From contig JAZUAO010000006.1 in NCBI GenBank assembly GCA_045638025.1, positions 3,281-67,280 of the forward strand: DNA of 64,000 bases, written 5' to 3'. The notes under the pieces are model-generated. The model saw nothing but the letters and a program-made list of their open reading frames with translations. It was not told the DNA's origin and ran no database searches. Position 1 is the stretch's first letter, and each line of letters opens with the position of its first letter. The translations under genes and the position numbers were made by a program. This document shows positions 25,164-33,320 of this stretch, piece by piece. The stretch is from Candidatus Gastranaerophilaceae bacterium (GTDB taxonomy: Bacteria > Cyanobacteriota > Vampirovibrionia > Gastranaerophilales > Gastranaerophilaceae).

Positions 25164-26213
25164 TTATTTGATAAACATGCAGTCGCCATAACTAAAAAAT
25201 CTATAACGATTTTCAATAGCTTCATTGTAAGCTTTAAAAATAAACTCTTTTCCTGCTAACGCACTAACAAGCATTAACAAAGTTGATTTTGGCAAGTGAA
25301 AATTAGTAATTAAATTATCAATAACTTTAAATTCATACGGTGGATAAATAAACAATCTTGATGCACTTTTACAAGCTTTAATTTCACCAAACTGCTGAAA
25401 AGCAGTTTCTAGAGTTCTTACTGTCGTCGTACCAACTGCAACAATTTTTTTACCAGCAGCTTTCGCTTTATTTATAGCATCTGCAGCTTCTTTAGTAATC
25501 TCAAAAGTTTCTGAATGCATTTTGTGATCTAAAATATTTTCGCATTTTACAGGCCTAAATGTACCCATACCAACGTTTAATGTAACATAAGCTATTTCAA
25601 CACCTTTAGCTTTTAATTTATCTAAAATTTCTTGCGTAAAATGTAAGCCTGCTGTTGGCGCAGCAACAGATCCTTCATCTTTTGCATAAACTGTTTGATA
25701 TCTATCTTTATCAAAATTTTTAACATCTTCAGTTTGAAGCCGTCTTTCAATATATGGAGGTAAAGGAAGATTTCCAACTTTATGCAAGATATCAAACAAA
25801 TCTCCGCTATAAATCAACTCTACAAGCCATTCACCATCATCTTCTAAACGTTTGATAGGTTTGACAATTAACTCATCACTTATTGTTATGATTGTATCAG
25901 GTTTAATTCTTTTTGACGGTTTAATTAAGCAAGACCAAATATTAGAACCTTCACTTTGAGCTTCCAATAAAAAAACTTCAATTTTAGCACCAGTTTCTTT
26001 AGTACCGTAAAGCCTTGCCGGAAGGACTTTTGTATTGTTTAAAACCAGCAATGTATCCTTATCAATAAAATCTACAATGTCATAAAAATACTTATGCTCA
26101 ATCGTGTGTTTTTCACGATTGAGTACAAGCATTTTTGAATTATCTCTTTTATCAGCCGGCATTTGGGCTATAAGTTCTTCCGGCAATTCATAATCAAAAT
26201 CAGAAACTAACAT
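25164..26213 (-). CDS. queA: S-adenosylmethionine:tRNA ribosyltransferase-isomerase
   Basis: 349 aa with FDYELPEELIAQ.P and the C-terminal YRFFSYGDCMFI typical of QueA. Confidence 0.95.
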   Translation of the reverse strand: MLVSDFDYELPEELIAQMPADKRDNSKMLVLNREKHTIEHKYFYDIVDFIDKDTLLVLNNTKVLPARLYGTKETGAKIEVFLLEAQSEGSNIWSCLIKPSKRIKPDTIITISDELIVKPIKRLEDDGEWLVELIYSGDLFDILHKVGNLPLPPYIERRLQTEDVKNFDKDRYQTVYAKDEGSVAAPTAGLHFTQEILDKLKAKGVEIAYVTLNVGMGTFRPVKCENILDHKMHSETFEITKEAADAINKAKAAGKKIVAVGTTTVRTLETAFQQFGEIKACKSASRLFIYPPYEFKVIDNLITNFHLPKSTLLMLVSALAGKEFIFKAYNEAIENRYRFFSYGDCMFIK

Positions 26214-27295
26214 TATTCTTTATTGTCAACTTTCTTTGCATTTTGAAGATCAATATCATCAACTTTTTGAGCCTTATGAGCTTCTTCAATATCCATTTGT
26301 TTGTTAACAATTACAGTTTGAACTATTTGAATTAAGTTACTTGTTACAAGATACAACAAGACACCAGCTGGGATCGGGATTATCACAAATGTTGCGATAA
26401 TCATAATAGGCATAAATGTTCCCATTGATTTTTGAAGTGCAGCTTGAGTTGGATCTTGTGGAGTATTTTTTGAAGTTGCCATCATAACTTTTTGAGATAC
26501 AAACATAGTCAAACCAAATAGAACGATTAACAACAATACATCAAAGTGAAATTTTTGTTCAACTTCAACAGATGGGAAAGATGCTACTAAAATTTCGCCT
26601 TTACGTTCAAAAGTTATTTTTTCAGTTTCTTTAGTATTAATATCAGTAACAATCACATCAGCTTTTTCAATATTTTGAAGTTGACTAAATTTTAAAGATA
26701 AATTATCCAAACTGATTTTAAAATCAATTGGTTCACCTGGAACTAAATCACCTTGAATTTCTAAAGCTTGGTTAGGTTTTGTAATTTTAACATTTTGAAG
26801 TGTTTCTTCTGGCAAATAAACAACAGCAGTTTTACCTAAAATAAATTTATCGTATTTAGATGCACCCATAACGCCATCATTTGAAATACCAGCGGAAGCT
26901 CTTAAAGTTGTATCTAAACGATTTACAAACAAGAACGGTGCGTTACCTGCCATTTGAATAAATTGTGGACTCATCAATGCAGAATATAACAAAATAAATA
27001 TCGGCATTTGAATCAACAATGGCATACAACCGCCCATTGGGTTAAATTTGTGTTCTTTATAGAATTCCATAAGTTTTTGTTGCATAACTTGTGGATTATT
27101 TTTGTATCGATCTTGAATAGCTTTTAATTTTGGTTGAAGAGTTTGCATCATTCTCATTGAACGTTGTTGAGAAACGTTTAACGGCCACATGCAAAGTCTC
27201 ACAATAATTGTCAATACGATAATCGCCCAACCGTAATCACCTACGATAGACGCTAATTTACCTAATAATTCTATAGTTAATGTTGTAAAATCCAA
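26213..27295 (-). CDS. yidC: membrane protein insertase YidC/Oxa1 family with a loop insertion
   Basis: 360 aa with GWAIIVLTIIVRLCMWPL, MQ.LQPK...IQ.RYK and NPMGGCMPLLIQMPIF blocks. A soluble insert of roughly 130 aa (DTTLRAS...EQKFHFD, by eye) follows the FVNRLD motif. Confidence 0.85.
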   Translation of the reverse strand: MDFTTLTIELLGKLASIVGDYGWAIIVLTIIVRLCMWPLNVSQQRSMRMMQTLQPKLKAIQDRYKNNPQVMQQKLMEFYKEHKFNPMGGCMPLLIQMPIFILLYSALMSPQFIQMAGNAPFLFVNRLDTTLRASAGISNDGVMGASKYDKFILGKTAVVYLPEETLQNVKITKPNQALEIQGDLVPGEPIDFKISLDNLSLKFSQLQNIEKADVIVTDINTKETEKITFERKGEILVASFPSVEVEQKFHFDVLLLIVLFGLTMFVSQKVMMATSKNTPQDPTQAALQKSMGTFMPIMIIATFVIIPIPAGVLLYLVTSNLIQIVQTVIVNKQMDIEEAHKAQKVDDIDLQNAKKVDNKE

Positions 27296-27444
27296 TGTCC
27301 CTAATCCTTATATTATCTCTCTTTACACGTTGCAATCGTAACATAAGCATTATTGATAAGCAAGTTTAATTAATGTAAATATTTATTTTAGTAAACTAAA
27401 GTTTTTACAAAAACAACCGATATAAATTTTGTAGCGAGGTATTA

Positions 27445-27990
27445 ATGAAGAATATATTTTTATTTATATGCGTGTTTTTAATAGGTGTATCTGGAATTTG
27501 TACACCTGCTGATGAAAAAAGAATTATCGGCAAACAAGGTGTATCTAGAGGCATAATGGTTTATATTCCAAAACACGAAGATGCTGAAAAAATGAAACGT
27601 GCATTTATGGAATGGACAAAAGCAACAAATGGTAAAATAACCTTTAAGTTTATATCATCTCCTAGAACTTCTCAAATACAAGTTTACTTTGTTGATACAG
27701 TTCAAAATTACGATAACGATGCAGCTATTGGTTTGGCAACTTCTAGAAAAGTAGCCACTGGCGCAATTAAGCATACTGGTATTCAAATTTCAAAACGAGC
27801 TGGCTTTGAAGGTGCAAAAGATTTAACTGAAGAAGAAGAGTATCTGACAATGATCCACGAAATAGGCCATGCGTTGGGATTGGGACATTCAAATGATCCA
27901 ACTGACGTTATGTATCCAGTAAACAATGGACTTGGCAGAATTACTGAAGATGACATCAATTTGTTGTATCAAATTTATAAATTTAAATAA
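27445..27990 (+). CDS. secreted matrixin-like zinc metalloprotease
   Basis: 181 aa with a signal peptide (MKNIFLFICVFLIGVSGICT), HEIGHALGLGHS zinc motif and a Met-turn (DVMYP). Confidence 0.8.
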   Translation: MKNIFLFICVFLIGVSGICTPADEKRIIGKQGVSRGIMVYIPKHEDAEKMKRAFMEWTKATNGKITFKFISSPRTSQIQVYFVDTVQNYDNDAAIGLATSRKVATGAIKHTGIQISKRAGFEGAKDLTEEEEYLTMIHEIGHALGLGHSNDPTDVMYPVNNGLGRITEDDINLLYQIYKFK

Positions 27991-28022
27991 AAAAAGGCTC
28001 ACTAAACGTGAGTCTTTTTTTT
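27991..28022. terminator. bidirectional terminator (metalloprotease gene / tRNA-Pro)
   Basis: A-run, an 8-bp stem (AGGCTCAC...GTGAGTCT with one G-U pair), then an 8-T run. tRNA-Pro ends 4 nt away on the other strand. Confidence 0.7.
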
Positions 28023-28025
28023 AAA

Positions 28026-28102
28026 TGGTCGGGATGACACGATTTGAACGTGCGACCCCCTCGTCCCAAGCGAGGTGCGCTACCAAGCTGCGCTACATCC
28101 CG
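28026..28102 (-). tRNA. tRNA-Pro (anticodon TGG), CCA encoded
   Basis: Reverse complement is CGGGATGTAGCGCAGCTTGGTAGCGCACCTCGCTTGGGACGAGGGGGTCGCACGTTCAAATCGTGTCATCCCGACCA. Cloverleaf is recognisable, with anticodon loop CTTGGGA and T-loop GTTCAAATC. Confidence 0.92.
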
Positions 28103-28185
28103 ATACTTATTTGGGGGTACTTATTTATATTAGAATAAACAAATTTAAACGTCAAGTATTTTTTTAAATAAAATAAAAATGCCGA

Positions 28186-28338
28186 TTAATCATCGGCACA
28201 ATTTTCATCAATAAGTTCAAAATTATCGTGTTCTGCCATACAAACAGGGCAACGCCAATCTTCCGGCAAGGAATCGAATTTTGAACCTTCTTTACACTCG
28301 TCATAAATCCAATTACAAACTAAACATCTAAAACGCAT
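28186..28338 (-). CDS. rubredoxin (50 aa), not in ORF track
   Basis: MRFRCLVCNWIYDECKEGSKFDSLPEDWRCPVCMAEHDNFELIDENCADD, with CxxC...F..LP.DW.CPxC rubredoxin knuckles. A strong RBS (GAAAGGAGAAAAATT) precedes the ATG at 28338. Confidence 0.88.
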   Translation of the reverse strand: MRFRCLVCNWIYDECKEGSKFDSLPEDWRCPVCMAEHDNFELIDENCADD

Positions 28339-28372
28339 AATTTTTCTCCTTTCATGATATAATGTGTGTATT

Positions 28373-28795
28373 ATGAAACATATATTTGAACAAAAAGTTT
28401 TTTATTCTGATACTGATGCTTATGCGGTTGTCTGGCATGGTGCGTATCTTCGCTGGATGGAAATGGGCAGAGTTATGTGGTGTGAAGAGCAAGGCTATAG
28501 TCTCAACGCTTTAAAAGCGCAAGACATCGTTCTACCTGTTACTAATATTAATATTAAGTACAAGGCTTCTGCTAAGCTTGAAGATGTTGTAATTATAGAA
28601 ACTTGGATTGACAAATATAACCCTCTATCGGTTAGATTTGCTCAGGTGATTAAATCTAAAGAAACAGGCAAAATTTTTACTGAGGCAACTGTCGATGTTG
28701 TTGCCTTGCATGAAGATGGCAAATTATATAGAAGAATGCCTGATGTATTGTTAAAAACTTTTGAAAGGGCCGTAAAATGTCCTCAACTCGTTTAA
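28373..28795 (+). CDS. acyl-CoA thioesterase, 4HBT/YbgC family
   Basis: About 140 aa with the hot-dog fold motif VFYSDTDAYAVVWHGAYLRWME. The track start GTG 28364 is possible, but ATG 28373 is preferred. Confidence 0.8.
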   Translation: MKHIFEQKVFYSDTDAYAVVWHGAYLRWMEMGRVMWCEEQGYSLNALKAQDIVLPVTNINIKYKASAKLEDVVIIETWIDKYNPLSVRFAQVIKSKETGKIFTEATVDVVALHEDGKLYRRMPDVLLKTFERAVKCPQLV

Positions 28796-29511
28796 ACAAA
28801 TATATTGCATCTTCAGGACTTTGTTCACGACGTAAAGCTGATGAGCTTATCGAACAAGGCGTTGTATCAGTAAACGGGAAAAAAGTTACCGAACTTGGAT
28901 TTTTAGTAGGCGAAAAAGACAAAGTTTTTGTAAACCAAAAGCTTATTAGACCTGTACGCCATGAATATTACAAATTCTACAAACCCGCTGGCTACATTAC
29001 AACTTGTGATGACGAAAAGGGCCGCAAGACAATCTACGATTTATTACCTGAAAGTATGTATAATCTAAAACCTGTAGGACGCTTAGATAAAGATTCAACT
29101 GGATTGTTAATTCTTACAAATGACGGCGATTTAATAAATGAATTAACTCACCCATCAGTGAAGGTTCCTAAAACATACATAGTTTCAGTTGACGCAAGAA
29201 TGCATCCACACGAATTTGAACAAATGGCAAAAGGGATTGAAATCGAACCAGGTAAAGTTGCTTACGCAGATGTCACACTTCTAGAAGCTGACAACAAACA
29301 TACAATGATGCAAATTGTATTGTATCAAGGAATGAACCGTCAAATTCGTAAGATGATTGAACATTTTGGATATGAAGTTAAATCACTAAAACGCATCCAA
29401 CACGCAACAATCCAAATTGATGGACTTAGACGTGGCGAGTTTAAACCTATCAAGCCTCAACAAATAAAAGAATTAAGAAACTTTTTAAATAGGATTTCTA
29501 AAAATGCGTAA
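28777..29511 (+). CDS. pseudouridine synthase, RsuA/RluB family (S4 domain + catalytic domain)
   Basis: 244 aa with S4 domain RLNKYIASSGLCSRRKADELI and the catalytic GRLDKDSTGLLILTNDG block. Confidence 0.88.
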   Translation: MSSTRLNKYIASSGLCSRRKADELIEQGVVSVNGKKVTELGFLVGEKDKVFVNQKLIRPVRHEYYKFYKPAGYITTCDDEKGRKTIYDLLPESMYNLKPVGRLDKDSTGLLILTNDGDLINELTHPSVKVPKTYIVSVDARMHPHEFEQMAKGIEIEPGKVAYADVTLLEADNKHTMMQIVLYQGMNRQIRKMIEHFGYEVKSLKRIQHATIQIDGLRRGEFKPIKPQQIKELRNFLNRISKNA

Positions 29512-30082
29512 AATTGCATTAACAGGGAATATTGCATCTGGTAAGTCTGCTGTAAAAGACATTCTTGTTTCTTTGGGTTACAAAATTTTAGAAACAGATA
29601 AACTTGGCCATCAATTACTTGAAAACAATAATGAAGTGAAAAAAACTTTCGCAGATTATGATATCTTAATAGATAATAAAATTTCGAGAGAAAAACTTGG
29701 CAAAATTGTTTTTTTTGATAAAAAAATGCTTGATGTTTTAAATTCAATTATTCATCCGCTAATAAGAAAAGAAATAGAACTGTTTTTTGATGAAAATAAA
29801 AACGAAGAAAAATTATTTGTAGAAATACCATTGTTATTTGAATCAAATATACAAGATTTGTTTGATGAAATTGTCTTAGTTTATGCCAATGACAAAATAA
29901 GACTAGAACGTCTAATTAAGCGTAATGGGTTTGATGAGAGCTATGCAAGACAACGAATTAATTCTCAAATATCACAAGATGAAAAACTCGCAAAATCCCA
30001 CATTATCATTAAAAACGAGGGTTCTATTGATGACCTAAATCAACAGGTTTTAAACTTGTTTAAACCGGTACAAAAATCTTAG
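29504..30082 (+). CDS. coaE: dephospho-CoA kinase
   Basis: 192 aa with P-loop LTGNIASGKS and a typical CoaE layout. Confidence 0.88.
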   Translation: MRKIALTGNIASGKSAVKDILVSLGYKILETDKLGHQLLENNNEVKKTFADYDILIDNKISREKLGKIVFFDKKMLDVLNSIIHPLIRKEIELFFDENKNEEKLFVEIPLLFESNIQDLFDEIVLVYANDKIRLERLIKRNGFDESYARQRINSQISQDEKLAKSHIIIKNEGSIDDLNQQVLNLFKPVQKS

Positions 30083-30893
30083 CACCTGCTCGCAAATTAT
30101 GCGTTATACCACCACTACCTGCGGTTCCATTACCAAAAGTAATCTCTACGTGACCGTATTGCGAACTATAACGAGAAACCCCACGTTCATAAACTAAAAT
30201 ACATCCAGCAGGTAATTTTTTTAAATCAACACCTTCTGCTGAAATTTGTTTAAAATTAGGATTTTTCTCTAGTATTGTGTCCATTTGATAAGCATGACCT
30301 GAAACATAATCTCCCAATCCTGCATTTTGGATTGCTGTTTTGACGTGTGCAGCGCATCGTCCATCAAATCCACCTTCTTTAGCTTCTTTACCAATAGCTT
30401 TAGCAAGTCTTTGGGCTTTTTCAGTATTATATCCTACCGCTCGCAATGTCGGCAGATTAGTATCTGTATTATATGACCTTTGACCACTTGAATACGAACT
30501 AGTTGAACTACTAGAACTACTAGAACTACTTGTTCTTGAGCTATTCAAAAAGCTTAGCAAATTGCCACAAGCTGAAGATGTACCACTTGAATAAGTTGGC
30601 AAGCTCGGTGTGAACAATTGCGTATTAAATAATTGTGGAGTTGTAAACAGAGAGTTAAAGCTTAATTGACCCATAAAATTAAATGGGTTGTTTAACTGAG
30701 GAAGATATGAAAAATTTGTAGGAGGCGTATAGCCTAAAATATTACTATTAAACACGTCATAACGTGGAGTGCCAAAACTAAAAATAGAAGAAGGAATTGA
30801 CGAAAACGTTGGCAAAAACGCATAGGACCCTGCTCCACTCCATTGTGGATACAATGATTGAGAATAGAAGTTATTTAAACCCCAAATATTCAA
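30060..30893 (-). CDS. low-complexity N-terminal domain + papain-like (CHAP/NlpC-P60-type) Cys-His hydrolase domain (tentative)
   Basis: 277 aa. Roughly the first 100 residues are F/Y/P/S/N/Q-rich with no signal peptide, followed by a Ser run ([16 protein letters not shown]). The C-terminal ~130 aa has GRCAAHVKTAIQNAG (Cys) ... PAGCILVYE ... YGHVEIT (His). Confidence 0.45.
   Translation of the reverse strand: MNIWGLNNFYSQSLYPQWSGAGSYAFLPTFSSIPSSIFSFGTPRYDVFNSNILGYTPPTNFSYLPQLNNPFNFMGQLSFNSLFTTPQLFNTQLFTPSLPTYSSGTSSACGNLLSFLNSSRTSSSSSSSSSTSSYSSGQRSYNTDTNLPTLRAVGYNTEKAQRLAKAIGKEAKEGGFDGRCAAHVKTAIQNAGLGDYVSGHAYQMDTILEKNPNFKQISAEGVDLKKLPAGCILVYERGVSRYSSQYGHVEITFGNGTAGSGGITHNLRAGAKIFVPV
30496..30531. 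repeat. tandem 9-nt repeat (4 copies) encoding part of a Ser run
   Basis: gaactagtt gaactacta gaactacta gaactactt. It is in frame within the 30060-30893 gene. Confidence 0.8.
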
Positions 30894-30971
30894 AATAGTC
30901 CCCTTAAATTTTTCCTCTATATATTTATAAAGAGAATTTTAAGAGAATAATTGCTAAAATGTTACGACTTG

Positions 30972-31307
30972 TTAAAACATTATTATAGAAGCTTCAGCTT
31001 TACCAGAATCTATATAATCAAAAGGCTTATTTTCATCTTCCGTAACTTCATAATCAGCATCTGTCAAGTCAAATGTTTTAATCAAAACATCCTTGATATT
31101 GCAGTTGGTATCAAAAAGGTAAAACTTATTTACATTTTTCATATAAAGTCCAAATTCTTTATCAGCCTTCAATTGTTTCAAAAAATGAGCTTTTAGAATA
31201 GCTTTATTAGAACCATCAAAAGAAAAATCCTCCATTGCAGAATGTTCTTTAATAGTTTCTAATAGTTTGTAAGGTTCAATCCATTTTTTAATAATTAAAT
31301 TTAGCAT
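30972..31307 (-). CDS. hypothetical small protein (111 aa)
   Basis: Its ATG overlaps the stop of the upstream ABC exporter gene by 7 nt, suggesting translational coupling. The C-terminus is acidic and no domain is recognised. Confidence 0.55.
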   Translation of the reverse strand: MLNLIIKKWIEPYKLLETIKEHSAMEDFSFDGSNKAILKAHFLKQLKADKEFGLYMKNVNKFYLFDTNCNIKDVLIKTFDLTDADYEVTEDENKPFDYIDSGKAEASIIMF

Positions 31308-33142
31308 ACTTCCTCTTGTTTCTTAAACTGCATTTCATACAAATGTTTATATTTACCATTTTCTATTTGCATTAATTCTTCATGAGAACCCAACTCTGCC
31401 AATTCACCTTCATTAATTACTGCAATTCTATGGGCATTTTTAATTGTAGTTAATCTATGCGCAATTACAAATACTGTTTTATTTGCCATCAAATTATCCA
31501 ACGCTTTTTGAACAATAGCTTCAGATTTATTATCAAGAGCAGAAGTAGCTTCATCTAAAATTACAATCGGAGCATCTTTAAGCATAGCTCTTGCAATAGC
31601 AACACGTTGTCTTTGACCACCAGAAAGCGTTGTTCCTCTTTCACCAACCACAGTATCTAAACCATTATCAAGTGTTGAAATAAATTCATCCAAATGAGCC
31701 ATTTGAACAACTCTATCTAAATCAGCTTGGGTGGCTTTTTTATTACCCATCATAATATTTTCTCTAATGGTTCCAGAGAATAAATAATTATCTTGGAACA
31801 CAAATGAAATATTATTTCTTAACGAATCTAGACGGAAATTTCTAATATCAACTCCATCAAATTCAATTGAACCACTTTTTACATCATAAAATCTAGGAAT
31901 TAAGTTCACAATAGTACTCTTACCACCACCAGAATTACCAACAAGAGCAATCGTTTCATTCTTATAAACAGTAAGATTTATATTTTTTAATACTGGAACA
32001 TCTGGTTCATACTCAAAACAAATATTATTAAATTTAATTTCTTTATCAAAACCATTTAATTCAACAGCATTTTCTTTGTTACGAATGTGAGGAATTAAAT
32101 CAAACAATTCAAATACACGTCCCATGGCAACAAATGTTGACTGCAAACTTGTCAACGTATTACCTAAAGTTTTTACTGGTTTGTAAAGCAGCAACAATGA
32201 GGTTACAAACGACATCATGCTACCAGCAGACAATTGGCCTGTTAGAATTAAATGTGTACCATACCAAAACACAAGCGCAATTCCAACAGAACAGATCGAA
32301 TACATAATAGGTGACATCCAACCTACACGCTTACATAATGTCATAGTCAAATTAAACTGTTCTCTTATTTGTTTACTAAACTTATAATTTTGCTCATCTT
32401 GTAAATTATAGGCTGTCATAATTTTATTACCAGCAAAAGTTTCATTGAAATTAGTAGTCATATTACCACCGACAACCATTGTCGCATTTGAAACAGATTT
32501 AATTTTCTTTCTAATAAATGTAACAGGAGTAATGGCAAAACCCATTACAGTAACTCCAACAATTGCAAGTTGCCAAGAGTTATATAGCAATACTGCAACT
32601 AACCCAACAATACCAAATATTGTAGAAATAAAACTGTTTAAAGTTGTTATAATAGTTTTTGTAGCAGTATCTGGATCAGTTAAAAATCTTGTTAAGACCA
32701 GACCTGAAGAATTCACATCATAAAATTGAGGATCCAAAGTAGTCAATTTTTTGAACAAACTAACCTTAAGCAAATTGGAAATTTTGTTACCTGTCCAGTT
32801 TGTCAAATAATAACTTATGTATCTCAAAATTCCTTGAAATACTGCAAATAAAACAATCGCAATAGGAATTATAGTTGCAAAGCTAGATTGGATTTGCACT
32901 TCTCTATCCATAAAGGTGTATGTTGTTGAAGGATTTCCATTAATAACCAAATCCATGTACGGTTGAATAGAAAATGCCACAACACCATCCAACAACCCCA
33001 AAGGAATTGCAACTAACAAATTTAATATAATTCTTCCCATAAAAGGCTTTACATATGGCGCAATCCTATTTACAAGATAACCATACCTAAATGCATCTTT
33101 AGAGACTGTACTGCTTAATTTATATTCCATATTCTCCCTCAA
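31301..33142 (-). CDS. ABC exporter, fused permease/ATPase (MsbA/lipid A exporter-like)
   Basis: 613 aa with a six-TM exporter domain, Walker A GNSGGGKST, LSGGQRQRVAIARA and Walker B IVILDEATSALD. Confidence 0.85.
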   Translation of the reverse strand: MRENMEYKLSSTVSKDAFRYGYLVNRIAPYVKPFMGRIILNLLVAIPLGLLDGVVAFSIQPYMDLVINGNPSTTYTFMDREVQIQSSFATIIPIAIVLFAVFQGILRYISYYLTNWTGNKISNLLKVSLFKKLTTLDPQFYDVNSSGLVLTRFLTDPDTATKTIITTLNSFISTIFGIVGLVAVLLYNSWQLAIVGVTVMGFAITPVTFIRKKIKSVSNATMVVGGNMTTNFNETFAGNKIMTAYNLQDEQNYKFSKQIREQFNLTMTLCKRVGWMSPIMYSICSVGIALVFWYGTHLILTGQLSAGSMMSFVTSLLLLYKPVKTLGNTLTSLQSTFVAMGRVFELFDLIPHIRNKENAVELNGFDKEIKFNNICFEYEPDVPVLKNINLTVYKNETIALVGNSGGGKSTIVNLIPRFYDVKSGSIEFDGVDIRNFRLDSLRNNISFVFQDNYLFSGTIRENIMMGNKKATQADLDRVVQMAHLDEFISTLDNGLDTVVGERGTTLSGGQRQRVAIARAMLKDAPIVILDEATSALDNKSEAIVQKALDNLMANKTVFVIAHRLTTIKNAHRIAVINEGELAELGSHEELMQIENGKYKHLYEMQFKKQEEVC

Positions 33143-33252
33143 TCAATAATAATATACATGGATTATTACACAAATACGATTAAAACACAAAATTGTAAAA
33201 TATTTCTAAAATACAGCCCTTTATTATACTGATTTAATATTTTTTAACAAAA

Positions 33253-33282
33253 TAGCAAAATTCCTACTAAAAAAACTTTATA
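33253..33282 (+). promoter_or_regulatory. non-canonical bipartite promoter-like element (f)
   Basis: TAGCAA (33253-33258)-N18-TTTATA (33277-33282), 38 nt upstream of the GTG start at 33321. Confidence 0.3.
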
Positions 33283-33320
33283 CCAATATGTAAATATGTA
33301 GGGAAAATTTAGGAGTTATT

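Noticed and set aside
30951-31196. An 81-aa plus-strand ORF opposite the 111-aa small protein gene.
   Set aside because: It is AT-rich and hydrophobic with no RBS. The minus-strand ORF is translationally coupled to the ABC exporter gene and is the more plausible reading.
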